A DNA stretch of 64,000 nucleotides from Eledone cirrhosa (GCA_964016885.1 OZ024755.1:15872001-15936000); one strand, 5' to 3'. Numbered from the stretch's first letter, positions 44,336 through 60,034 are shown. Made by a program: numbers and translations. Notes: generated by a model from the sequence alone, not told the origin.

Positions 44336-45054
44336 ATTATACTGGTGTTTGAAGCATCACTTAACGATTCTAACCTAAAAATTATGATAGAACATTTTTA
44401 GATAACTATAAACACTTTATCCCTTTTGTTACGATATTTGTTATGAAACACATTGTCTATTATTTTCAAATATTTTGAAAATAATAAAGAGATTTAATAT
44501 AATTAAACTATTTTGCTAGTTTGGGAGCTGATGAGGGCGAAGATGTGTGTATGTAAACTTTTCTTGTATATCGCCTTTCTTTTTTTCCTTCTTGCAGTCG
44601 CTTCTGTCCTCAGAGGCAGTTTTACCCATCGCTGTCTTTGACAACATTTGGCTGTTTTAGCATAGTTTTCTCATTTTTATATATATTTAATATAATTAAC
44701 TTCCTTGTTATTAAACCGGTGTTTGAAGCTTATCTTATCAATGGATCTTAATTAAACATTAAGGTGGAAGTTTCTTTAGATAAATATAAACATTTTAAAA
44801 CAAATAGTTTTGTTTCGTAGAAACATAACCGGCTTCAAGCGGTTTGGTATCAAAGAGGATTTACACAAATGTTTTTAAGCTGTGTCAGATTTGTAATTTA
44901 TGGTAAAATATACTATTTATCAGAGTTGAGTTTATTTCATTGAAGAGTTAATGTTTGGATTATGTTTTGTTAGGGAATGTGGGGGTTGTTTAGAAGAGGA
45001 TAGACTAGTTTTGTTATTCTTATTGTTATTGTTGATGCTGTTGTTTAGTCCCAT

Positions 45055-45262
45055 GAATAAGATCTCAGTACAAATGCATGTTACCTAGGGTTTCAAATTT
45101 CAACAAGCATAAGACATAGATTATCTATACCCTATGCTGGTTGAAGTTTGAGACATTAGGTAGCATGCATTTGTGTTGAGATCTTATTCTTATACAATTT
45201 TGTTTTGTGCATAACATAGAGCGCATTTTTGCCTTGATCTATTTCTTCCGAAACTCTTACAC
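45055..45262 (+). mobile_element. Fold-back cassette with HHR 3-prime half and tail
   Basis: Imperfect palindrome 45055-45189 centred at 45122; minus strand GAAACCCTAGGTA at 45082-45094. Confidence 0.6.
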
Positions 45263-45274
45263 TATATATATATA

Positions 45275-46068
45275 TAATCTTATAGCCTGGTCTAATTGAT
45301 TTTTTGTGTGGTTAATTATGCTAATTGGGAGAGGAAATGGTGTATATATTTTGTCAAATGATTCTATGGACATACTTTATAGTATATTGCTCTGATTATT
45401 TAATTTATTAATTCATCATTGAGCCACATCATGAATGGTTGCCAAAACATATATATCTGTGACTTTGTCTAATTTGCGTATATGTAAATCTTTATATTTA
45501 ATAATCTCCCATAAGGTTGAGATGCAATTTGGACAATATTGGGCTGCGCTTTCTAGCAACCAGCCCACTCGCCGTAAGCAACCAATCACATTCTTTCTGA
45601 CTTGACCACTACAACGTCACAGTTCTTAGCCATTTTGAATTCGTTTCTGGCGGAGATCACTTAAGAAAATCCTTTGTCCAAATGAGTTTGTTTCCTGATG
45701 AGTTCGAAGCTCGAGATGTTATCCTTAATAGGACATTTCCGAAAGCGAACGAAACCCTAGGGTAGAAACGTGATCCTGGTATGTGTATATGCATTTTTTC
45801 TTCTAACTTTAATTTTATACCTAATTGTGTATGGTTGACGGTATATTTAATCGATTTCTACGTGGTGTTGAAATGTTGGGTAAATATTCTATGGCGGTTA
45901 GTCGCGAAGGGATTGCTGTCGTTTATTTATCTACTATTTCTTCGTAGGTGCCTTTTAATCTTATAGCTCGGTCCAATTGATTTTTTGTGTGGTTAATTAT
46001 GCTAATTGGGAGAGGAAATGGTGTATATATATTGTCAAATGATTCTATGGACATACTTTATAGTATAT
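45275..46068 (+). mobile_element. 681-bp HHR unit with 113-bp terminal direct repeat (retrozyme or pseudo-LTR-like)
   Basis: 45275-45387 is repeated at 45956-46068. (TA)n on both sides, one central HHR, no convincing ORF. Confidence 0.8.
45690..45769 (+). ncRNA. Canonical type I hammerhead ribozyme
   Basis: GTTTC CTGATGA GTTCG..CGAAC GAAA CCCTAGGG TA GAAAC. All core nucleotides intact, G10.1-C11.1 pair, palindromic stem III. Predicted cleavage after 45764. Confidence 0.9.
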
Positions 46069-46197
46069 ATATATATATATACGATGATTGTATGTAAAGC
46101 TACATTCATTAATACGATTCACGGATCTGAACAGATGTAGAATAACATGCATATATATATATCTAACAAACTCGACAAGGTAGGGAGACACACACCA

Positions 46198-46281
<84 letters not shown>

Positions 46282-46428
46282 AATATTTCAAGCTTAAGCT
46301 GTAAATCTCCTACCATTCTTATACACTGATAATTTTCGACAGGAAACTAAACGTTAAAGACAATTTATATATATATATATATATATATACATATATGTGT
46401 ACACGCTTATCTTTATATATATATATGC

Positions 46429-46459
<31 letters not shown>

Positions 46460-46758
46460 CACATATATATAAAGAAAAACGTGTACATATATTCGAAATA
46501 TTTCGAAGAAAGTTGTAAGTTTCTTATATTCATAGACGGATAAATTTCGATAGAAGCTTAACATCAGAGAGACTATATTAACACGCACACAAACGCGTAA
46601 ATAAAACATGCACAACGATATGAACACGCATATACATTAACATAAATGACGGACATGCGAACGGATCAAAGCACGATATGGAAAAAGACAAGTCAACATG
46701 AGATTCCTATACACACAATACGCACAATGTATATATGTATATATATATATATATATAA

Positions 46759-46838
<80 letters not shown>

Positions 46839-46873
46839 TTATATATATATATATTCCTGTTTATATATATATA

Positions 46874-46924
<51 letters not shown>

Positions 46925-46967
46925 TATGTATATATATATATGCATTATAATATATACATATACGTAT

Positions 46968-47013
<46 letters not shown>

Positions 47014-47044
47014 GATGTGCGGATATGTATATGTGACTATATTT

Positions 47045-47095
<51 letters not shown>

Positions 47096-47138
47096 TATGC
47101 ATGTATATTCTCGTTTTATTATTTTATAAATTTTCACC

Positions 47139-47172
<34 letters not shown>

Positions 47173-47299
47173 TGTATGTATGTATGTATGTATGTATGAA
47201 TGTATGTATGAATGTATGTATGTACATATGTATGTACATGAGTGTGTGTCTAAGAGTTAATATAGTGTTAATAGTCATTTAGTAGATATTTATTCACTC

Positions 47300-48506
47300 A
47301 CATACATAAATATATACACATGTATAGTCACGCAAGCATATACGTATATACACATATATGTATTCATGCAAACAGATAGATAAATATACACATGTATATT
47401 CAAGCAAGTATGTACGTATATATACACATATAATATCCACTCATGCACATGCATAAATAAACACCCATGTATATTCACATATATACATACATAAATATAT
47501 ACAAATGTATATTCCCGCACGCACATACATAAATATAATCAAATGTATATTCACACACGCTCATACATATATATATATATATACACTTGTATATTCACGG
47601 TCGCATATACATAAATATATGTACATACACATAAATATACACACATGCACATACATAAATACACACAGTTGTATATTCGCACACGCACATACATAAATAT
47701 ATATGCGCATACAAAATATGCATACACATACATAAATACACACTTGTGTATTAACGCACGCACATACATAACTACACATAAACATACATTAATATACATA
47801 CATATACATAAAAATACACACTTGTATATTAACTCACATGCGTATATAACTATATATACACGTACATTAATATGCGTACATATACATAAATATAAGGACA
47901 TATACATTAATACACGCGCATATACATAAATATATATACATATACATATGTAAATGTGCACATACATTGATACACGTGCATATACATCCCAGTCGATACA
48001 TGTCTTTTATGGCGCTGCCCCAGCATGGCCTCTTTCTTTCGGTTGAAACATGTAATAGAATTATAGACAAACATTAATACACGTGCATATACATAATTAT
48101 ACATACATATACATTAATACACGTGCATATACATAATTATACATACATATACATTAATACACGTGCATATACATACATATACGTACACAGATATTAATAC
48201 ACGTGCATATACATACACATACGTACACAGACATTAATACACGTGCATATACATACATATACATTAATACATGTGCATATACATATATATATATACATAG
48301 ATTTACATTAATATACACACTTATATACATACATATACATTAATACATGTGCATATACATATATATATATACATAGATGCATATTAATATACACGCGTAT
48401 ATACATATATATATATATACATTAATACACGTACATATACATATACATAGATGTATATTAATATACACACGTATATACATATATATATATACATTAAAAC
48501 ACGTGC

Positions 48507-48543
<37 letters not shown>

Positions 48544-48592
48544 GCTGTATATTAATATACACACGTGTATACATACATATACATTAATACAC

Positions 48593-48657
<65 letters not shown>

Positions 48658-48750
48658 GATGCATATTAATATACACACGTATATTACATTAATACACGTG
48701 CTTATACATATACATATATATACATAGATGTACATTAATATACACACGTT
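47300..48750. repeat. Degenerate TA/CA-derived minisatellite (ACATTAATACACGTGCATATAC motif)
   Basis: The motif recurs many times. Confidence 0.8.
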
Positions 48751-49857
48751 TATTGTTCACGCAAAAGTTCAATGGTCATCAATGTTTTAATCTTCGAATG
48801 AGCTGTTACGATTGAAGAAGAAAAAAATAAGAATACATTTATTGATTAGATCTTGTTTTCATGATGCCGCCCTAGTCGATGGGTATTTCAATACGATATT
48901 GACTGCTTAGTAAAATCTACATTATTCTACCGCTTCTTTTTCTTCTCAGACCAACTGCGTAATTACTCTAATTGCTATCCTTAATGTCACGCCCAAAGAT
49001 TGCATTGAAAAGAGGCCTCAACAATACAAGTGAATGCGTCTGTGTTTGGCATGAAGAGATGCGAAAATTACTGCAACCCATTAACCTTCAAGATTGTAAA
49101 GTATTTTGCTCGCTATGACGCCATCAATGAACTAGCAATCAGTTGTTCCCCCCCTTTTTATTTTCTTTCCATGTCAAAATCCTTGGTCACACGCTATGAC
49201 ACCAGACTATTCCCCAGAACTTGAGTGAGTTTGATAGTCGGGTTAAACATATGCATACCTCCCGATGGGCATCTAAACAAGTGCCATTTGGTTCTGACAC
49301 GAAAAGAAACTTAATGCACTCTGTTTTGGGGTAGTTCTATCTATTGTACTCAATTCACGCCATCAATGGCGTCCACAAATTAAATAGTTCTGCAATACGT
49401 GTATTATATTTGCTATTCAGGAATACAAAATAGACTGTAGGCTAGTATAGAGTGCAAAATAGAAAGACGGGGAAAATAAGAGAAAAGTTTTTATAGATAA
49501 TAATATAAATTACAGATTATGCAGTTATGTATATATATGTATATATGTATGAATGTATGAATGAATGAATGTACGTACGCGTGTGAATGTGTGTATGTAT
49601 GTACGTAAGTATGTATGTGCGTGTATGTATGTACGCATGTACGTATGTATGTATATGTATGTATGTAATTTTGTATGCGTGTATATAAAAATGTTTGTAT
49701 GTGTGTGCATATGTATGTAGATATGTATTATGCGTGTCTATGTATGCATATAAGTCTCCACATATAAACGTACACTCGGACACCGACACACGCACATGTA
49801 CACATACATGCGCATGCATGTACTCAATACATGTATGTATGCGTGTATCTATGTAGG

Positions 49858-49969
<112 letters not shown>

Positions 49970-50166
49970 GCCCCACCAATAGAAAAAGGCTCCGGTTTTC
50001 AGCCCCAGAAACGAAACTCTTTCATTGGAATTTAGACATCAAAACAAATAGTCGCGGATGTATATGGATAAATATCGATGAATGTATGCAAGAATGTATG
50101 TTATTGTATGTATTGATCCGCATTGCTTGGCATGTCTACATACACGCATACATGTATTGATGTAAG

Positions 50167-50450
50167 TACGAGGGTAGGCTGAAATATCCATAGACTGACT
50201 ATGAAGGAGTGATGCTAGAGCTGTGAAATCTTGCATGTATTAATATCAACTCTTCTTATAAATAACTGCATTGTTTCTTTCCATCAACTATGTCGAAAAA
50301 TAAACTTCATTTGGTCCATTCCATGAGAGCGTCTTTGTAGGGTAACTATAAAGGAGTAATGTTAGAGCTCTGAAATATTGCATGCATTAATTTCAACTCT
50401 TATTAATAACTGCATTGTTTCTTTCCATCGACTATGTTGAAAAATAAACC
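50167..50450 (+). mobile_element. Internally deleted mariner-like element with a tandem duplication of about 148 bp
   Basis: Starts TACGAGGGTAGGCTGAAA (mariner-type TIR after TA). GACTATGTTGAAAAATAA reads DYVEK*, typical of mariner transposase C-termini. Confidence 0.55.
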
Positions 50451-52216
50451 ATGTCGAAATCCTTGGTCATATTTATTTACTAGATCTCCTATTTATAATA
50501 GGTAAAAAAAATCAATCTGAGAAACGATTTGAAACCAGAACACAGAGAATGAGACTTCTGTCGAATAGCAATCCATGTTAAAATACAGTTTAGAATAACC
50601 ACCAGAAATATAATTATGTATAACAGAAGCTTGTAAACTTCGACTGGCTTCTAAATAGCTCAATCATTGAGTATTAATTGTTTGTTTCAAATCTAAAACT
50701 GGTCGTCTCTAATCCTGATTATTTGATTATTTATTCAGGGTACGAATTGAAACACGTAACCCATACGGTCAAAATCTCATTTAAAACATTCCTTGTATCA
50801 TTAATATAGGTGTTAATTAGAGACAGAAGTATTGGTTTAGTTTCTTCTTATGATCGAGAAAGTTCCGTGCGGATATGAAGCCGTCATCTCTTGGATTACG
50901 TCCGGCATTCACAGCGAAGATAACGAGGAACCGTCCTGAATATATGAATAGTCTTGATAATTTTTCATCGCGCTGGAGGGATTTGTGGCTTTACAGCGGC
51001 AGTGCTTTTCTTAGAGGCCAGTGTGGTCAAATCTTGGCTGACCAGTTGAGAATCACGTCAGAGGAGGCTTAAAGGATAAAATAAAGGAACCTCCAAGTCA
51101 TAGTAAGCTAACGCAATAGATTTTATTTTTCTCATTTCTTCTAAATTGTCCTGTTTATCTATTATGTATTAACAATGGCCGTGTCTGTATTATTTATTCT
51201 CATCTCTTACTGAGACAATGCAAAACAAAAACAGAAAATAAAAACAACAGCAAAAACAAACATACATAAATATAATCTTCTTCAGCCGATGATCGAGGCG
51301 ATAACCTGACCACCAACAGTTTTAATGGTATAGCATTTTAGATGGTATTTTAACTATTTCCATTTCAACTGAACCCGACTAGGTTGTTTTGAGAATCGGC
51401 AGGATTAGTTGAGCAGTGCAGAAAGTATTGTATTCAAAGCAGGAATGTAATGAGTTGCTTTGATTATATATAAACACAAGATATTTGCATACACAAATGA
51501 ATATAGATGTGGTAAATAATCCAACTAACCCAACAACTTGTTAAAACGAATGCAACACTTTAATACTTTAAAAACCAGCATTAAAAAGGTTAGTTATTCT
51601 GGGATGAAATATGTAGCCATTACGTAGTCGTTTGGTCTGACAAAAGTAGCAGTTAAATTACATCAAATTACACCATACTGGCTTTTTAAAAAAGGACTTC
51701 TATTTACCTTTTATTTTACTTTAACCTCGTCAAGTAATTTACATTGTAGTGTTTTTAGTAAGTTGTATTGTGTTTAAGTGATGAGTTTCCGCAACTTGAA
51801 ACCAATTTTCAATGTTTCATTGGCAACATTACTGTTTTCATTTTCATATTACCAAGCTTCAGTTGCTATTGTTTAATTATGTTCTTCTAATGAGATTCTT
51901 GAAATATAGCTTAGTAGCTCTAGTGTTGTATAAGAGTATGTTTGATTAGAAAGCCAGTATCAGCTCTCTTGTATCACTTCAAAATTGTAGAACTGTGATT
52001 GTGTTCGTTGAAGGTGCTCAACATTGTACAAGTGTAAAATATTGTACTATAGTAAAGAAAGAGACTCTTATTAGATCGAAACTGTTAAATGTGTTCAACT
52101 TTAAATTTAGTGAATGTTGGTGTGAAGTACAATAGATGCTTGTTGTGTCCTTGTGTGTGGGGGGGGGGGGGCGTGTGTGTGCGTGCGTGTGTGTGTGTGT
52201 GTGTATATATACCAGT

Positions 52217-52330
52217 GAAGGCACATGGGTTAGTGGTTAGAGCGTCGGGCTTACAATCATAAGGTTGTCACTTTCGGATGTGTTGTGCTCTTTAGAAAAA
52301 CACTTTATTTCAGTTGCGGCGTCACTGGTG
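52217..52330 (+). mobile_element. tRNA-derived SINE head
   Basis: GAAGGCACATGGGTTAGTGGTTAGAGCGTCGGGCTTACAATCAT..AAACACTTTATTTC. Confidence 0.65.
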
Positions 52331-53125
52331 CCATGCTGTATCGGTCTTTGCCTTTCCCCGCGTCAACATCAATATATATGTATATATATATATATATATG
52401 GTGGGGATCTAGATTTCTGTCCTGTAACTTGGCGGTTTGACAAAAAGAGATCGATAAAATAAGTAGCAAACAGACATGATGAAAACCTCTAAAAGAATGA
52501 ATGAATCTCTAAAATCTTTGGTGTGATGTGTGTGGTGAGAGGGTGGCTGGGTAAACCAAGAAAGAACAGCCAAAGCCCTACCCCCATCATCACCACCATT
52601 CTAAGAAAATGAAAACAAAAACCTACCAAAGAAAAACCAACCAAATAAACGTGATTCTGTTTAAACTTTCAACGAATGAAAACAATCAATAAATCATATC
52701 ATATATTATATTATATGGTGGGTTTACCAATATCATATATAATATTGATAAATCAATGATACAATATTATCTCACATCATTGATATCAATAATTTCTATT
52801 TTCTTATTCTGATTCTTATTCATATTCTTATTATTCTTATTCTCTCCATCCTCTATTATCTTTGATTATCCCGCTCACCCCCACAACACCCCACCACCAC
52901 CACAAACAACAACAACACCACCAACACCAGAACCTATAACAACAACAAACAACAATACCAACAACAACATCACCACCAACACCAACACCAATACCACCAA
53001 CAACAAACAACAACAACACCAACACCACCAACACCACAACACCACCAACAACACCACCAACAACAACACCACCAACACCACCACCAACATCAACACCACC
53101 AACACCAACACCATCACCGCATACC

Positions 53126-53163
<38 letters not shown>

Positions 53164-53894
53164 GGCATATTAGAGACCCGTAACTCTTGGGGGAGTCGTG
53201 GGGCGCCGCATTGACATACGGCATGTCTGGGGCAATTTTTAAACCTGACGGAGCCCATCTCCTCACCAAGTCTGAATACCGCAGATTTCTTTCAAAGAAG
53301 GATAGAGAGAGTGAGAGACAGGAAGGGAGAAAGCGATTTAGAGGATGAATCGACCTCAGTATTAGACTGGTACTTTTTTATCAACCTTAAATATACCTAG
53401 TATATACTAGAGCCCAATCGATTGACTTTTCCGTCCCGCTCCTGTAAAAGTAAAATAAATAGAATTAACCTTGTGTGTTAGGGCAAAAGAAATCATTATA
53501 TTAACTAAAAACTATCTAAATTGTCTTTCAAATAGAGAAGTTTACCTTAGAGTCTGTTTCGTTGTATTTACTTTCACACAACGTTATATTTTGCATTAGT
53601 TTATGTAAAATCTCGACATCACTTTCAATCGTTGACATTTTTCCACTTAAGCAATCAGTCACTATAGACACAATATTCCCCATGTGTTCCTTTCATTCAC
53701 ACATTTCAAAGCTTAGTTGTTGATAAATTATTACTTTCTCTTGATGTCTTTCATGAAACAAACCATCTCGGTTATTCATATATTCTTTCTAAAATTATTT
53801 TCTAAACGAAAATCGGGTCTTCTGACAGTAGTTGCTTTGCATACATAATGTTCAAAATTCCTGTACAATTGCTTCTTACTATTGCTTCTTACTT

Positions 53895-54070
53895 TTGTGG
53901 CATAGAGTTACGTCCTTTTATGTTCTGATTTCAAATCCCACCAAGGTTAGCTTTTCCTTTCATTCTTATGGAGTCGATAAAATAAAGTACCAGTCACGCA
54001 CTAGGGTCGATTAAATCGACTTTCCTCTCCCCCAAAATGTGTTGGCCTTGTGCCTAAATCAGAAACAATT
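53895..54070 (+). mobile_element. Nin-type SINE
   Basis: GTCGATAAAATAAAGTACCAGT..GGGTCGATTAAATCGACT..GGCCTTGTGCCT. Confidence 0.8.
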
Positions 54071-55714
54071 ATTGAGCGCGTCCAAATCCCACAAGTAACC
54101 TTCACCTCTATCAATAGCTTTTCAAATCCTTCATTTCTTTAAAAAAGATTTAATCAAAATTTCTGGTCTGATTTCACCTCAGTCCTTAACAATCCATTCA
54201 CATAATGTCGTTAGTGTTGAAACTTATTTTATTACCATTCTTTTTATATACTTTATCTCTTCTCATTAATACAAGTATTTCTAGTGGAACATGCTGTGAT
54301 CTTGTTGTCTTCTGTTTCAGTACCAAATCGTTTCTTCTCATAAATCTTAAACCACCACCCATGGCTTACATTAAAATCTTAAATGCTTACTTTCCTTGCC
54401 AGTTTTGAAACAGAGATTTAAATTCATTCGCAGGAAACACCGTGTTTATTTTGTCGGGTTTTCCTGACATACTTTAACATACCTACTAACTCTATTTAAC
54501 TTCCACTTTTTACATTTTCCTCTACAATACCATTTGTTTTTCGGCATTTAATTCATTTTTTTTCAGAGATATTTTACAATATCTAACCTATTTTTCAGAC
54601 ACTCTGAATTCCTTTGTTGCTGCACACTTATTACTATGTTCTACATATTTAATCATACAAGCTTCGACTTTACTGTAAACTCGTTTTTGTTTTGTTTTTA
54701 ATCCACGCTGACAGAGATCATGGGTCTAGCACATCAACACTGTATCAAGATGCAGTTTGAATTAATAAGGTAGCATGAGCCAGGTCAAGAAATCAGATGG
54801 CTTACAGCAGTTACTAGTTTATTGTTTTCATTTAAAATATAAAGCTGCATTTCTTTTCCCAGGTTGTTTTTACAACACTGCAGGTTAAACAGTTTAGTAT
54901 TGCAGTAAACATTTTGCGAATCACACAGGGAAAAATAAACGAGCTAACGGAGACAATTGCAATTTAAAAAACAAAACTGCTGTCTGACCTGAAACACTGT
55001 TGTTTTAATCAGCTGAAGGCATTATGGAAATTTCTTCGGAATCGGTAGTAAAACGTCGATAAATATTACGTGCACACTACCCTTTATATTTATTTACTGT
55101 TTATTTTAAAAATTGATTAAAAGTTCGTATCGCATGTATAACTCAACTTTATACGTGCGCATTGCTGGTATGTATTGTTTAGTTAATAAATTACTGACTA
55201 TGCCAGGGTTTTGTTCCAATACTATACTGTACTACAGAATATATCAATAGATTTTAGCAGCCAGCACTGTACGTAACAGGATGATGTAAGCAACTTGTCT
55301 CTATACACATTATCTTCGTAGACACGCGCATTCACACATTCATATATTCACATACACGCTCACAATACCCATAGTCTGTATGCGACACAAGGCCATTGTT
55401 AATATCCTGAAACGCATAATTTAATAAAACTGTATTGTAGGATTGTTTTATCTGAGGTGGTAAAAAAAACGAAGAAGATTTGCCAGTCAGTTGAGTCTAA
55501 GAATTCATTGAATACTTTACTAATGTACTAATGGGTAGATTCTTGGCTATCATCCAGTTGTTTTTCTAAGGGAGTTCTTTATATTGATCGAAACAAAGAA
55601 TGGAATAGTTACATAATCCTATATTGTTGTTGTACTACTGTTATATATGACTAGTTACATCTAAGCACTGTTACTACGTTTTATGAAATGCGCTGTTACT
55701 ATTATTATTGTTAT

Positions 55715-56035
55715 TGGGTGGATTGGCAGTATCGCTATTCAATATCATTCTGTGTTCAAATCCCGCTGAGGTTAGCTTTGCTTTTTATCCTTACGGGGTC
55801 GATAAAATAAAGTACCAGTAACGCACTGGGGTCGATTTAATCGACTTTCCCTTCCCCTAGAATTGTTGGTCTTCTGCCTATATCAGAAACCATTATCATT
55901 ATTATTTAAGGCGATGGATTGGTAGTATCGATAGAGCCTCGGACAACATGATTTGTGGCATGGAGTTGACGTCCTTTACGTTCAAATCCCGCCGAGGTTA
56001 GCTTTGCCTTTCCTGATTACGGTATCGATTAAATG
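55715..56035 (+). mobile_element. Two tandem Nin-type SINEs
   Basis: GTTCAAATCCCGC(T/C)GAGGTTAGCTTTGC occurs twice. Confidence 0.8.
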
Positions 56036-57023
56036 ACTCATTGCTGTACTGCGGAGTGAATAGCATTTTGCAGTATGTTGAATTAATATAGCATTTGTTT
56101 AAGTACAGTTCAGTGCAATATTTTACATACACGAGCTATATATGATTAACTTGAATGCTGTTCAATTTGTGTCTACTCGTAAATGTATATTTGATATACT
56201 GAGCCGGTTTAAAATTGAATCTTCTCAAAATTTTAAAGATGGATGGGACCAATTTTTACACTTATTAAATGAATAATGCAAGTAAATATTTATCTCATCA
56301 ATCATTCAGGCTTGAAAAGCTCTAACTTAAAGAAGCTCTAAAAGAGCCAATCTCAAATCGGTCCAAGAAACCATGTTTCCATGTTTTTTCCACGCTATGC
56401 TAATAGTAGCGGTCAGTTACAACTCCTGGCAAAACTTCACGATTTTCCGGTGGTGGTAGGGGGAATTTGAACTCAGAACGCACAGTGGAACTGTAATGGA
56501 ACAATGTCAAAAACGTAATCCGTCCGTCACTGCACCACTCATTGACAGCTACTTTGTGGAACTACAAAACTTGTAAAAAAAAATTTTTTTTAAGTAAGGA
56601 ATCTTCCAAGGTGGTGCCCCAGAATGGCAGCAGTCGAATGAATGAAACCAGCAAAAGGAAAAAATGTCAAAGAATAATCTTAAATAATTTTGCGACAGTT
56701 CAGGAAAACTGCTACACATTATAGACAGAATTATTAGAAATAAAAATCTTACTGATAGTATGATTAAAAGGATTAGATATTTGAAAAGTAAAAAACAAAA
56801 CTTCAAGACATTCTCAAAAAAAAAAAGAAAAAGAATTAACGGTAATAAACGGTAATTAACGGTAATTATCGGGAATTAAATTTTCGGTATGAAATTAAAC
56901 ATGAATTGTATTTTATAAAAACAATCTGAATACACAATAGATTGAGTTCAATGAAATTGAATATTTTATAACGTAAGAATTGTGGTTGTCCTCTGGTGGA
57001 TTTGATAAGATGTGTGCGTGCGC

Positions 57024-57088
<65 letters not shown>

Positions 57089-57206
57089 CATAGATATATA
57101 TTTATACACATACACAAGGAGAGACGTATATACAGAGGAAAAGGAAAGTTTGGCGTCAGATATTGTAGAACAAAGAATTTTGCTCGAACTTTGTCATTTA
57201 TACGTG

Positions 57207-57237
<31 letters not shown>

Positions 57238-57343
57238 ATGTATGTATATATGTGTGTGTATGTGTGTGTGTACAGAGACAGAGATAGGGAGAGGGGAGAA
57301 AGAGAGAGCAAGAGTGAGGCATATATATATATACATATAATTT

Positions 57344-57388
<45 letters not shown>

Positions 57389-59957
57389 TATACATATATA
57401 TGTTTGTATGTATATACATACATTCATACACGTATTTCTCAAACCTAATACTGTATAATTGAGATCTTCCATTTTCAGTTATTGGTTCTTTCTACTCGAT
57501 TTAAGCTGACCGGAGACAGAACCGTATTTGGCTGACTGTGTAAATACTAACAGTCACAACTCTGGGACTAATTCCACAGTCCGGAATCAGAGAGGATTTC
57601 CATTCTTGTCTTCATTGTATATCTTGGTGAATCGCCAGACAATGATGCCGGAGCTGCCAGAAGGTCATTATGTCTGCGATTGCTATAGCCCCTTACTATT
57701 GAAAGAGGGATTTATATATTGCAGCAATTTCGTTATCTAGACGTTTGCCGATTCTGGAACGAAGGATCTTTTTATTTGATTTCGTTGGATTTTCTGAGAA
57801 TCGCCAATTGCGATGCTATAGTTCTCTTGATTGTGCTGCGGTGTGTCAATAAATACAAGTTATTGAACATCTTATGGCCGGAAATGAGAATATGAAAGGC
57901 GAAGTCAAAGAAAACATGGTCGTATTTAATGAAGGTTATGGAGAAACGTCTTAATTTATTCAGACGAAGAGAAAGAACACCACTGAATGAAAAATCTATG
58001 TAAATAGTCTCTTGTTTGGGCGAATAAGAGAAATCATCTTGACATGGTCAGTTAGAAATTATATTTGTCATTGAAAATTCCTTTTATATGGACTGACAAA
58101 AAGAATTATCTGAAAATGGAAGAGTTGTATAATATTTCTATAGGTAGCTAACCTAGATAACAATAGAAATATTTTACATAAAAGATATCTAGACAATTAT
58201 TTTTGGCATCGATGCTAAAAGAAATGTCTTCGATAGTTTGATATTTAATGAATATTATCTTTGAAATGTCCATAATATTATTTAATAATTGGTAAAAATT
58301 TAATTCACTCACGTCATCTGTGTGTTAAGAATTGAGCTATCCCATTTTATAATGGCGGGGTCTGGTGGGGTGTACTCTGATCGTCACCCGCAATCAAAGA
58401 AGAATTCACAGGGTAAGGGTTTTAGATAACCATGTTGTTGCATGCAGATGCAGACAACCTCTAGACGCTCCCGCCCTTGATGCAGCTAAACATCAAAGAT
58501 GTGACAGCTAGAGGGAGAGATGGCTCCACCAGCTCTGAGCTGGTACCCTATTTATTGGCCCCAAAAAGGATGAAAGGTGTAGTGGATGTCGGGGTATTTG
58601 AACACAAGACATTCTACCTGACGACCTAAGACTGCACTATTTGACTATCTTTGTAACTGATTGGAAACAAAACATGAAATAGAATTTTTTCAAGAAATAA
58701 GCAGTACAACGTGATAAGAGATTCAATCAAACATATATTTTTTTCCTTTTCTTTGGGACTTAAAAATATTATATTCTTTGCTAATACTTCAAGCTACATA
58801 TCTTGCATTGCGACATATAGTTACTTTTCTGGTTGTATGTGTGTGTATGTATTTTACCGGTAGTGTAGTAACGGTCAACGACGTAGTTATATATAAATCA
58901 GAAACCTGTAAAGCAAGTTTATTTTATTGTATTATTTCATGTATATATATTTTTTAAATAAATGTCAGGTTTTAGCCCAAAACTTCAATCAACCCCCTGG
59001 TTAGTCATGTGGGGGTTGAAACCTGCCTTAGCTGAACTAATAAAAGTACATCTTTTAGCGGAGATTGAAACTCTCGTTTTTGTATTGATATTTTGACTCA
59101 CACTAATACGTGACCAATCACTATCGTTAAGGATATTCAATGGATATCGATCTGGACAATAGCATAGAATAATATAAAGTGGTACTTTTTATTGCCGAAT
59201 CAGAAACAGTATCGTTTCATCCCCTATTATTTACATAGTCATCTGAAAAAGAAGTGGAGCAATACAGCTGTGGTTTAGAGCAAAAGAGTCTTTACAAACT
59301 TATATTATTATCTTTGTTTCCTCGGCCTGCATGCATGCGTTTCTCGTAACAACCTTTATTCCTTTCGAAATTGTCTAGGGAAGTACCAAAAGTGAATTAA
59401 AAGAAAATTCACTAGATATGTTTCTTTCAGAATAAAAACAAAAGATTAGAGGAGATAAGATCTTGCAGTGAGTACGAAGCGTGTACCAAACCAAGGTATC
59501 TGATAACAAGTCAAAAGCGTTAATTCATCTTGAGGTTAGTTTATGAAGGAAAAGAAAACGATGAAATAAAAGATTTCTAGTTTCAAGGGGCGTAATCGTG
59601 TCTTTGCTGTAGAAGAATATAAACTGATACAGTGGTTAGGATTTACGTCAGTGTCTTCTTTGTTATAACAAACAGATATATTATACTGCATTCTGTTTGG
59701 AAACAATAAAACTGTTCAAGCTGAATTCTAATCTATTTAACCATCTTTTCTCCTCAAAATACACGAACACTAAGATAGAAGTGTGATTTCAATGATATAT
59801 ATATATATATATTGCGCGCACACACACACACACATATACATACACACATATACACATACACACATATATATATACATATATATATATACATATATATATA
59901 TACAACCGCATATATGTCTATATATATATGGATAAATATACATATATGGATACACAT

Positions 59958-59995
<38 letters not shown>

Positions 59996-60034
59996 AATAT
60001 TAATAAATGGAAACTATATTTATAAAACCATATT

